DNA of 43,162 nucleotides from Candidatus Aenigmatarchaeota archaeon. GTDB lineage: Archaea; Aenigmatarchaeota; Aenigmatarchaeia; GW2011-AR5; JAHLMP01. Location of the stretch: NCBI GenBank assembly GCA_039000375.1, contig JAWBTS010000001.1, forward strand, positions 1 through 43,162. The letters run 5' to 3'. The translations under genes were made by a program, and so were the position numbers. Below, one piece after another: positions 36,148 through 43,162 of this stretch; position 1 is the stretch's first letter, and every line of letters begins with the position of its first letter. The notes beneath the pieces were generated by a model that did not search any database, was not told where the DNA came from, and saw only the letters and a program-made list of their open reading frames with translations.

Positions 36148-37083
36148 TTATTTTTGTTTTATAACAAAATTGATATAGTAAGAAGTTTGAAAAGCAAGTA
36201 CTAGTAAAAATGCTAGTACATCGGCTATATAATAAATTAACAATGGAGATAAATAACCTATAGAAGAGATTATAATAATCACAAAAAGGAAAATTAACAC
36301 AGAGAAAGACCAAACTAACGATATTTCAACAAAATTCTCTTTAAGATATTTGAGTGATTTTTTAATAGTAAAAATAAGATTTTGTTCTGTTAACATAATC
36401 TCTTGCAATATGAAAATAAAAATAAATTTTATTAATATTAAAAAAATGGTTGATAACATAAAAGCATTAGATATTAGACTAGAAAGACAATAAGGATCAT
36501 TAATTATGCACAAATCGATTAAGTTTTCAGGTATTTGAATTATAGGTTTTCCGAACATACTTAAAGAATCTAAAATTAAAATTACATAATTTAATTGTAC
36601 GTTGAACTTCTCTAATTTATCTACATTGTTTATATTTTTGTTCATAGAAAATAAATAAACTATGTTTGAAGTCATGGAAAGAAAATTTAATATCACAACT
36701 AAAAATCCTACTAAAACTAATTTTCTAAATTTTTTACTTGCGGTTTTGATTGAGGAAGTTATGCTAACTTTTTCTCTTCGTTGAAAGGATAGAATAGAGT
36801 TAATTAAAGCACCTATTAGCACTAAATTTAGAATAAAAAATATTACAGACATCAAGACTATTAAATAAATTATAGTAAATAATAACTCTGTATCAAAAAC
36901 TTTGATATCAAATATCAAATCAAATAGAAATAAAGATAAAATCTTACCCCATGAAATAGCTAATGGTAGTTGAGCTAAAAGAAATAGAAAATAAAAAGTA
37001 ATGCCTATTTTCGAAATAGCAAATTTTATACTTAACTTTAATGACGACTTAATTTTTTCAATATTTTTCTTCACCAATCTCAC
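36148..37083 (-). CDS. Polytopic membrane protein, orphan
   Basis: 311 aa with at least six hydrophobic helices. No ATG near the 5' end (GTG/TTG start). Overlaps the upstream gene by 26 nt. Confidence 0.45.
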   Translation of the reverse strand: MRLVKKNIEKIKSSLKLSIKFAISKIGITFYFLFLLAQLPLAISWGKILSLFLFDLIFDIKVFDTELLFTIIYLIVLMSVIFFILNLVLIGALINSILSFQRREKVSITSSIKTASKKFRKLVLVGFLVVILNFLSMTSNIVYLFSMNKNINNVDKLEKFNVQLNYVILILDSLSMFGKPIIQIPENLIDLCIINDPYCLSSLISNAFMLSTIFLILIKFIFIFILQEIMLTEQNLIFTIKKSLKYLKENFVEISLVWSFSVLIFLFVIIIISSIGYLSPLLIYYIADVLAFLLVLAFQTSYYINFVIKQK

Positions 37084-38077
37084 CCATAATATTTTCTTTC
37101 ATACACAGTGCAAGCATGGCATGAGTAGTTATAACAAATTTTATTGATTTTATTGATAGAGAAATTGATCGTGGTTCGTAGCAAGGTAGGTTCAAGTTCT
37201 TTAAATCTTCAAATACCTTTTTATTACATTCATCTACGCTTTTCATAATAACACTATAATATAATTTTAGATATGGATTTTTGATGTTCGGCAAATTCTC
37301 ACTAAGATATCTCTCTATGTTTTGAGCACCTATTAAAGGTAAATATTGAGCACAATATTGAATATCTAGCTTAGTAAAGTTTATCTCTTTTATTAAACTA
37401 CTTGATTTAGCTTCTATTTCATCTAGTGCTTTTATTGAACATTTATGATATCTTTCTTTCTTCTCTGAAATATTTATCTGTGACATATTGCTTGTACAGT
37501 TTTCAAAGTACGAAGAAAGCCAATTATCTGACCATACTACTAATAAAGATTGTAATCCAGTAAATTGAGGTATTAGTAGAATTTTGTCAAAATTTTCATC
37601 AATTCTTTCCAAATCTTTCATTGAAGTAGTAATTCCATAAATAATGCTTAGATATGATAAATGTTGCGAATATTTCATTAAATTTGAGTGGGCTATCTGT
37701 GGAGCAGTGATTTTGCAATTCTCTTTATCAATTTCTGATAAAGAACAAACTCGATCTTCAAAAAAGTTATCTTTTCTAATTTCCATATAAACCTTATCTA
37801 AAATAGAAGTTAGAGTAGTGATTGTATTTTCCTTTCTTGGAACTTCTACTACCCCAAAGCTTTTTTCTATTTCTTTCAAGATTTCTTCTTCATGTGATTT
37901 TAAAAAGTTTTCAAACCAAAATTCTATACGAGTTTTCTGTTGAGCAGAAAACTTTTTTATAAGTTCAGATTCAATAAAAGTGGCTTGTATATATAAATAT
38001 AAAAAAGAAGATAAAACTCCAAAAATTATAACACTCACAAAAATAAAAATTATTGTAGCAAATTTCTTAATATTCAT
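37058..38077 (-). CDS. N-terminally anchored, Cys-containing helical protein, orphan
   Basis: 339 aa. A TM anchor (FATIIFIFVSVIIFGVLSSFLYLYI), then a helical, charged ectodomain with about 10 Cys. No recognised motif. Confidence 0.5.
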   Translation of the reverse strand: MNIKKFATIIFIFVSVIIFGVLSSFLYLYIQATFIESELIKKFSAQQKTRIEFWFENFLKSHEEEILKEIEKSFGVVEVPRKENTITTLTSILDKVYMEIRKDNFFEDRVCSLSEIDKENCKITAPQIAHSNLMKYSQHLSYLSIIYGITTSMKDLERIDENFDKILLIPQFTGLQSLLVVWSDNWLSSYFENCTSNMSQINISEKKERYHKCSIKALDEIEAKSSSLIKEINFTKLDIQYCAQYLPLIGAQNIERYLSENLPNIKNPYLKLYYSVIMKSVDECNKKVFEDLKNLNLPCYEPRSISLSIKSIKFVITTHAMLALCMKENIMGEIGEEKY

Positions 38078-38246
38078 TTTATTTTAATATATTCTCCTAA
38101 AATATAAAAGATTAAGGATTTTACAAACTAAAAGATTTGTTGTCTTATTTTGTCAAATGTTATATACCTAATTTTCTGTGCAGTGTAGAAATTATAATGC
38201 GACGTGTTGAGAATATTTTAAAACTTTTATTAAAAAATTAAACGAT

Positions 38247-38543
38247 ATGCGTAGCGAGAATGAAAAAAAGAAAGATAAGAGTATAGAAAAATTGTTAAAG
38301 AAGATAAAGCCAAAGAAAGATGTAGAAGTTAATATTTACAAACTTGAAAAGCTTTGTAATGATGGGGATGTTGTTATTGTGCCAGGAAGGGTTCTTGGTA
38401 GCGGCGAAATTACTAAAAAGCTCACGGTTTATGCTCTCGGATTTTCGAAACCTGCTAAGGAGAAAATAATTCTTGCAGGTGGTAAAGCTTTAAAACTCAA
38501 AGAATTAAAAGAAAAGGTAAAAGGAATGAAGATAATAAAGTAG
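38247..38543 (+). CDS. rpl18e: Ribosomal protein eL18 (L18e)
   Basis: VVIVPGRVLGSGEITKKLTVYALGFSKPAKEKIILAGGKALKLKEL matches the L18e core. A short 98-aa version. Confidence 0.8.
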   Translation: MRSENEKKKDKSIEKLLKKIKPKKDVEVNIYKLEKLCNDGDVVIVPGRVLGSGEITKKLTVYALGFSKPAKEKIILAGGKALKLKELKEKVKGMKIIK

Positions 38544-38571
38544 CGTGTTGGTAAAAATTAGATATAAAGTG

Positions 38572-38988
38572 ATGAAGATGCTGGTTATAGACGCTGATGG
38601 TGCAGTTTTAGGAAGACTATCGTCTTTCGTAGCAAAAAAATTGTTAGAAGGAGAAGAGGTTCATATAATAAATGCAGAAAAGGCAATAATTACAGGAGAC
38701 CCAAAAGTAGTTTTAGAAAAGTATCTAGATAGAATAGGAAGAGGAAATCCTCATCACGGGCCTTTCTTTCCAAGACAACCGCATAGAATATTAAGAAGAG
38801 CTATTAGAGGAATGCTTCCATACAAAAAGGCAAAAGGAAGAAATGCATTAAAAAGGTTAAAGGTTTATGTTGGCGTGCCTGAAGTTCTTAAAGATAAAGA
38901 AGCAATAAAAATGAAAGAAAAAAAGAAGTGTAAATATATAACACTATTAGAATTGTCAAAATTGATTGGTGGATGGAAAGAAACTTAG
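38572..38988 (+). CDS. rpl13: Ribosomal protein uL13
   Basis: LVIDADGAVLGRLSSFVAKKLLEGEEVHIINAEKAIITG...ILRRAIRGMLPYKKAKGRNALKRLKVY. The ORF track starts at a GTG (38545); the ATG at 38572 is used. Confidence 0.9.
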   Translation: MKMLVIDADGAVLGRLSSFVAKKLLEGEEVHIINAEKAIITGDPKVVLEKYLDRIGRGNPHHGPFFPRQPHRILRRAIRGMLPYKKAKGRNALKRLKVYVGVPEVLKDKEAIKMKEKKKCKYITLLELSKLIGGWKET

Positions 38989-38997
38989 GGTGTTAAA

Positions 38998-39408
38998 ATG
39001 AAAAAATCAAAGATTATAATTCATGCAGTAGGAAAAAGAAAGAGAGCAATAGCTAGAGCGACATTAAGAGAAGGTAGTGGAAGAATACGAATAAATAAAG
39101 TTCCACTTGAGCTTTATCGTCCTAAATATGCAAAACTTAGAATAGAAGAGCCATTAATCTTAGCTAAGGATTTTGTTAAAAACGTTGATATAGATGTAAA
39201 TGTTAAAGGAGGCGGAGTTTTTGGACAAGTGGATGCGATTCGAGTAGCTATTTGTAATGCTTTAGTAAAGTTTAACAAAAATCTTAAAAAATTATTTTTA
39301 TCTTTTGATCGCTCCTTGCTTGTTAGCGATCCTAGAAGAACAGAGCCTCATAAACCAAGTCGTTCTAGTGCAGGTCCAAGAAGAAAGAAGCAGCAAAGCA
39401 AGAGATAA
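38998..39408 (+). CDS. rps9: Ribosomal protein uS9
   Basis: AVGKRKRAIARATLREGSGRIRINK...VKGGGVFGQVDAIRVAICNAL...DPRRTEPHKPSRSSAGPRRKKQQSKR. Confidence 0.92.
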   Translation: MKKSKIIIHAVGKRKRAIARATLREGSGRIRINKVPLELYRPKYAKLRIEEPLILAKDFVKNVDIDVNVKGGGVFGQVDAIRVAICNALVKFNKNLKKLFLSFDRSLLVSDPRRTEPHKPSRSSAGPRRKKQQSKR

Positions 39409-39517
39409 TCATTATTCTAAAGAAAGCAAGAGATAATTATTTTTCTTTTGCAAATTATTTCTCACTCTCAACTTTAATTCCTCCAATATTAAAAATTACG
39501 TAAATATATTAATTAAT

Positions 39518-39841
39518 ATGAATTTTTTTGTTAAGGGAGCGCTAATAATTTTAACAATATTTGTAGCATTATTTATAATAGGAATTCTGACAGGAGAAAG
39601 GTGTTATGAAATAGGAGCTTGTAAAGAATGTTGGATAGTAGATGACGCAAAAGATCAGTATAATTCATTAATCGACCTAATAACTTGTGCATGTAAAGAA
39701 GCTAAAGAGAGATATTTTCAAGATAGCGAGATAAACTACAGGATAGAGTTTATTTATGAAAGCTTAATGCAAAATAGAGCTAAAGCAAGTGCAGAGCAGA
39801 TATGTAATGGAGAAGTACCTTTAGTAAAATATGAAGATTAG
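39518..39841 (+). CDS. Small secreted/anchored Cys-rich protein with pilin-like (class III) signal
   Basis: MNFFVKG|ALIILTIFVALFIIGIL (a KG-A cleavage-type motif followed by a hydrophobic helix), then CYEIGACKECW...CACKE...C (7 Cys). Confidence 0.45.
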   Translation: MNFFVKGALIILTIFVALFIIGILTGERCYEIGACKECWIVDDAKDQYNSLIDLITCACKEAKERYFQDSEINYRIEFIYESLMQNRAKASAEQICNGEVPLVKYED

Positions 39842-39915
39842 AGACTCTGGCAAATTTCGAATAAATCTAGATAAATTTTAAATTTATTATAACTATTTAT
39901 TTTTCTGAAATAAAA

Positions 39916-40025
39916 GCCTCGGTAGCTCAACGGTAGAGCGTCTGACTTGTATCTGATATTTTGATCTTTGAAAGAGATGAAAGAAAGATATCAGAAGGTT
40001 GAGGGTTCGAATCCCTCCCGAGGCT
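39916..40025 (+). tRNA. tRNA-Thr (UGU) with canonical intron
   Basis: GCCUCGG-UA-GCUC-AACGGUA-GAGC-G-UCUGA-CUUGUA[38 nt]A-UCAGA-AGGUU-GAGGG-UUCGAAU-CCCUC-CCGAGGC-U. 110 nt = 72 + 38. Confidence 0.88.
39952..39989 (+). other. Canonical 37/38 intron of tRNA-Thr (38 nt)
   Basis: The intron starts with a copy of the 5' anticodon stem (UCUGAUAU) that can pair with AUAUCAGA at its 3' end. Bulges UA|U and AU|A. Confidence 0.7.
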
Positions 40026-40029
40026 TATA

Positions 40030-40458
40030 TTATTTTTTCTTATTCATTTTTTCAAGAATCTCGTCAATTTTTCTTTTTAGTTCGTCCAAATTCTCATAAA
40101 CGATTAATTTTATTTTTGGATTTCCAGCAATCATGGCAGAAAGTTTTCTTTCAGAATTTTTATCATATAAGCAAATTATTTTCTTGTTCATTCCTTCTGC
40201 TATGCCTATTTCATAACCAACACCGAGAGATGGAAGAGAAACTTCAGCAACTAATAGATCTGCCTCCTCTAACAATCTCATATCTCTTTCATAAATTTCA
40301 TTATCTGGTATAGAATACTCACCTAGTGCTGTAAGCTTATCATCAGAAACATGCTCAGTTAGTACATTACCATATATTTTTAGATGGGATATTATTTTTC
40401 TATAAATTTCTTTGTATTCTCTTCCACCTCTTATAGCTCCTGCAAAATATATCTTCAT
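40030..40458 (-). CDS. Nucleoside 2-deoxyribosyltransferase-fold protein, DNPH1/Rcl-like dNMP N-glycosidase
   Basis: MKIYFAGAIRGGREYKEIY resembles the Rcl/DNPH1 N-terminal signature (YF.GSIRGGR). EVSLPSLGVGYEIG matches the conserved catalytic Glu region. 142 aa. Confidence 0.75.
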   Translation of the reverse strand: MKIYFAGAIRGGREYKEIYRKIISHLKIYGNVLTEHVSDDKLTALGEYSIPDNEIYERDMRLLEEADLLVAEVSLPSLGVGYEIGIAEGMNKKIICLYDKNSERKLSAMIAGNPKIKLIVYENLDELKRKIDEILEKMNKKK

Positions 40459-40483
40459 AGTAAAAATTTAGTCTTTAATCTTT

Positions 40484-41917
40484 TTAATGATTTAACTTAT
40501 ATCTTACTTTTTCCTTTACAATTTTATTTTTACATCCAATTTTCATTCTTGAGAAAAAGCCAGGATATTCGGTATGTATCGGGAATAGTATTTTAGGGTT
40601 TATCGTCTTTACTACATAGAGCAAGTCCTCTTCAGAGGCATGTCCAGAGCAATGGATTTGATATTTTGCAAGATTAAAATGTCTTAACCAATTGTCCATT
40701 CTTTTCTCGCTTATCTCCATTTCTTCATTTATAGCTTCAGAAAGAGAATGAATATATACGCTTCCGCTATTAGGCCTTATATCTATAAGATTGTTAAAAG
40801 AGTAGAAATTTAGAACTATCATATATTTTCTTTGATTATTTCTTATCTCTTCAGCTGTTATTATGTTTTTATAATTCAATCTATTTTTTATAAACTTATA
40901 TCCGCTATAATCTTCATCACTATAAGTTCCTGTTCCAAGTTTTGGCTTAAATATAGCGATGTTTTCATCTTGTATGCTCGGAACTTCCAATTCTTTGTGT
41001 TTATGATATCTTTCTAAAAAGCATGCGTGTCTAAATGATATAACAAGCTTTCTTTCTACCTCTTTTGCTATTTTGAAGAATGTTCTAAACCTATCAGCAT
41101 CTTTAAAATTAAAATCTACTATTAATGCTTCTTTTGTATTTCTTGCCACTTCACTGGCTCTCTCGTAAACAATTTTCTCGCTAGGAAGATTTTCTTCTCT
41201 TCTTTTTATATTTGTGCCTTCTATTATCAATGCAATTGGCTTTTCTTTTGAAACGAAGTCTATAAATTCTTGAGTATAGTTTGCATTTGTTCCATGTAAG
41301 CGAAAATCTCCAGTATATGCTATCGCTCCTTCTGAAGTGTAAATAATAAAAGCAGAAGCACCCGGAATAGAGTGATCAACATAAAAAGGAATTATTTCCA
41401 AACTCCCTATTTTATATTTTTCTTTGTTTTTAAAGACTATAAACTTTCTTTCAATAGGTTGCTTATTATAATCCTTTCTAAAAAGAGGCCTTTCCTTAAA
41501 ATTTAAAATCTCATTCTCAATATCTCTTTGCGATTGTTCTTCCATTGCTTCTAGAACAGATTTTGTTATTTCGCTACAATATATAGGAATATCTTTATGA
41601 AGAAAGCTTATGTAATTTGCGTGATCAGCATGCGCATGAGAAAGAAGCACAGCATCTACTTCTCTTTCTTCTGGCTCTCTTCCCAGATGCTTTAACAAAT
41701 CTTCTCTATAAATTCCTTTTATATCAGGAAGCAACCCCATTTCTAAAAAATCTCCTATACCATTAGCTACTCTTGGTGTTAAAAACTCCTCGAAAAACAT
41801 TGATCTACGAGAGAAGCTAATTCCAAAATCAAGAAAGACTTTTGTGTCTTTATCTTCAATAAGAATCTTGTTTCCTCCTATTTCTTTTACTCCTCCATAA
41901 AATGTTAAGAAAACCAT
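40484..41917 (-). CDS. Metallo-beta-lactamase/beta-CASP ribonuclease (archaeal RNase J-like)
   Basis: FYGGVKEIGGNKILIEDKDTKVFLDFGISF, HxHxDH motif LLSHAHADHANY, and a C-terminal HCSGHAS/PIHTE. The ORF track starts at a TTG (41950); the ATG at 41917 is used. Confidence 0.75.
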   Translation of the reverse strand: MVFLTFYGGVKEIGGNKILIEDKDTKVFLDFGISFSRRSMFFEEFLTPRVANGIGDFLEMGLLPDIKGIYREDLLKHLGREPEEREVDAVLLSHAHADHANYISFLHKDIPIYCSEITKSVLEAMEEQSQRDIENEILNFKERPLFRKDYNKQPIERKFIVFKNKEKYKIGSLEIIPFYVDHSIPGASAFIIYTSEGAIAYTGDFRLHGTNANYTQEFIDFVSKEKPIALIIEGTNIKRREENLPSEKIVYERASEVARNTKEALIVDFNFKDADRFRTFFKIAKEVERKLVISFRHACFLERYHKHKELEVPSIQDENIAIFKPKLGTGTYSDEDYSGYKFIKNRLNYKNIITAEEIRNNQRKYMIVLNFYSFNNLIDIRPNSGSVYIHSLSEAINEEMEISEKRMDNWLRHFNLAKYQIHCSGHASEEDLLYVVKTINPKILFPIHTEYPGFFSRMKIGCKNKIVKEKVRYKLNH

Positions 41918-41960
41918 AATGAAAATTAATAAAAATAGAAATAAAAACAATCAAATAATG

Positions 41961-42485
41961 TTAGCTTGTTGGGTATTTAGTTGCCCCTCCCCCTCCTGGA
42001 GGCTGCTTTTCTTCTTTCTTTGTTACAAAGTTTATTGCAAAAACTATTAGAAATACCATAAAGAGTATTCCTATTACATCGCTGCTTAATCTGACACCCT
42101 CTATTACTGACCCGCCTATTACAAACAATAATATAAGCCCTATTATTACTATTGCTATAATCCACTCTGTCTTTGATACGTCTGGAACCAAGCCAAATAC
42201 TGCAAAGAAGAGCATAATCATTAATGCTACTGCTATTATCATTGAAGAAGCTCCAAACAATCCTATAAAGAATGCTCCTATATTGCTATATGCTGTAATG
42301 AAAAACGCTATCGCTAATGCTATTAGACCATTAACTCTTTTGTCCATCTTTGTTTTCTCGCTTATTGCACTCAAAAGCCCATAAACAAGCGCAAACACTA
42401 GCAACCATGGTAAAACGAAGCCATAAAAGCCCATTCTATTTAGATTCTCTACTAAAGTCCCTAATATTCCAAGTTCTCCTACCAT
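41961..42485 (-). CDS. Polytopic membrane protein with Pro/Gly C-terminal tail, unknown function
   Basis: 174 aa with five hydrophobic helices, ending KKEEKQPPGGGGATKYPTS. Confidence 0.5.
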   Translation of the reverse strand: MVGELGILGTLVENLNRMGFYGFVLPWLLVFALVYGLLSAISEKTKMDKRVNGLIALAIAFFITAYSNIGAFFIGLFGASSMIIAVALMIMLFFAVFGLVPDVSKTEWIIAIVIIGLILLFVIGGSVIEGVRLSSDVIGILFMVFLIVFAINFVTKKEEKQPPGGGGATKYPTS

Positions 42486-42560
42486 ATAAACACCACTATA
42501 ATTAACTAACTACCAGTGAATATTTAAATATTTAAAAAATGGAAAAGAAACATAATTTTA

Positions 42561-42677
42561 ATGGAAAGAGAAACTGTAAGAACGATAATGTGGATAGCGA
42601 TAGTTCTTGCAATTTTAGCATTGCTAATAGGAATAGTTTATTTATTTACAGGAAAGTTCATAAAATTTGAGATATGA
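42561..42677 (+). CDS. Mini single-pass membrane protein (38 aa, unannotated in ORF track)
   Basis: Hand translation: MERETVRTIMWIAIVLAILALLIGIVYLFTGKFIKFEI. First of four same-strand small hydrophobic ORFs. Confidence 0.3.
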   Translation: MERETVRTIMWIAIVLAILALLIGIVYLFTGKFIKFEI

Positions 42678-42696
42678 ATAAAAAGATGTGAAGAAC

Positions 42697-42816
42697 ATGA
42701 AAAATTCGTTTAAAGGTTTTGAATGGTGGTCTTTATTCGCTGTGATTATGGTCATACTTATAACTATGGTACTGCTTTTATTTTTTTCAAAGCTTGGTGA
42801 ATTTTTTTCAAGATAA
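42697..42816 (+). CDS. Mini membrane protein with pilin-like signal (39 aa, unannotated in ORF track)
   Basis: Hand translation: MKNSFKG|FEWWSLFAVIMVILITMVLLLFFSKLGEFFSR. A basic N-terminus, then KG, then a hydrophobic helix. Confidence 0.35.
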   Translation: MKNSFKGFEWWSLFAVIMVILITMVLLLFFSKLGEFFSR

Positions 42817-42825
42817 TGATAATCT

Positions 42826-43044
42826 ATGATTAAAGACAATCTTGGAGCCGTTTCGGGTTTAACGCTTTTGCTAGTAATAATTCTTGGAATAATATTTTTG
42901 CTTGTTGTGTTAACAGTATTAGGACAATTTAATGAAAATGTTTGTGTAATATGTAGATGGATTTGCTCACCACTTGCAAAGATGATAAATGGAATAATAC
43001 CATTTTTTGATCCAATAAATTGCAATGCTTGCGGCGTTTGCTAA
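42826..43044 (+). CDS. Pilin-like signal protein with Cys-rich C-terminus
   Basis: MIKDNLG|AVSGLTLLLVIILGIIFLLVVL resembles archaeal class III signals (G-AVSP-type). The C-terminus is CVICRWICSPLAKMINGIIPFFDPINCNACGVC (7 Cys). Confidence 0.45.
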   Translation: MIKDNLGAVSGLTLLLVIILGIIFLLVVLTVLGQFNENVCVICRWICSPLAKMINGIIPFFDPINCNACGVC

Positions 43045-43048
43045 GTCG

Positions 43049-43162
43049 ATGACTATGAAAAAAAGATATAAAGGGCAATTGGGACACGAACAAGTTTTTA
43101 ATATAATTGTAAAGATAATAATACCTTTGCTTATTGTTTTTGGAGGAATATTCTCGCTGATA
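43049..43162 (+). CDS. Type IV pilin-like protein, 5' part (runs off window)
   Basis: Hand translation: MTMKKRYKG|QLGHEQVFNIIVKIIIPLLIVFGGIFSLI. A basic stretch, KG-Q cleavage-type motif, Glu at +5, then a hydrophobic helix. Confidence 0.5.
   Translation, partial: MTMKKRYKGQLGHEQVFNIIVKIIIPLLIVFGGIFSLI

Noticed and set aside
38078-38246. att-site remnant (copy of the tRNA-Leu 3' end) at the far side of the 3.3 kb block
   Set aside because: No copy of CTGGGTTCGAATCCCAGCCCCTGCA, or a sizeable part of it, was seen by eye. The only shared string is a 10-mer (TAATTTTCTG), which is within chance for this composition.
39999-40313. Plus-strand 104-aa ORF starting inside tRNA-Thr
   Set aside because: It begins within the tRNA T-arm and runs antisense to the Rcl-like gene, which has a strong family signature.
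42642-43025. Minus-strand 127-aa ORF at the right edge
   Set aside because: Its translation has no hydrophobic or motif organisation. The opposite strand carries consecutive small ORFs with coherent signal-plus-helix architecture. It is kept only as an alternative to be tested by conservation analysis.
1-43162. CRISPR arrays, rRNA genes, transposases, integrases, inteins
   Set aside because: No regularly spaced direct repeats were seen. The only GC-rich structured islands fold as tRNAs. No ORF shows DDE, tyrosine or serine recombinase motifs. PolB (908 aa) has contiguous Exo and Pol motifs with no intein-sized insert.

Overview
AT-rich (about 30% G+C by eye, not computed) archaeal chromosome segment, tightly packed with housekeeping genes. 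All calls come from reading the translations and folding RNAs by hand; no searches were run.

**Why Archaea:** fibrillarin/Nop5, aEF-2, thermosome, family-B DNA polymerase, Bud32, aTrm56, an archaeal-type ThrRS editing domain, and ribosomal proteins eS17, eS26, eL18 and P1. Also present are the rps13-rps4-rps11-rpoD and rpl18e-rpl13-rps9 clusters. Compact spacing, leaderless-type promoters, short proteins and many small pilin-like membrane proteins suggest a small-genome (DPANN-like) lineage; this is inference only.

**Other content:**
- Lipid genes: HMG-CoA synthase, and a geranylgeranyl reductase with its ferredoxin.
- Transport genes: PiT with a DUF47 partner, ZIP, and a VIT-like protein.
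- A FlaI/PilB-type ATPase.
- Two predicted heavily glycosylated surface proteins.

**Most unusual signals:**
1. Five tRNA genes carry eight predicted introns. Three lie in the T-loop at 59/60 and one in the D-loop, all with a shared minimal bulge-helix-bulge design.
2. In one of these tRNAs, every consistent excision leaves an A34 anticodon.
3. A 3.3 kb block of orphan membrane genes and oversized non-coding gaps sits next to tRNA-Leu, splitting the conserved ribosomal/RNA polymerase cluster.
4. The PolB has a C-terminal Cys4 ribbon tail.
5. A tandem set of mostly unannotated mini-ORFs with class III (pilin-like) signal peptides lies at the right edge.

No CRISPR array, rRNA, transposase or integrase was seen.
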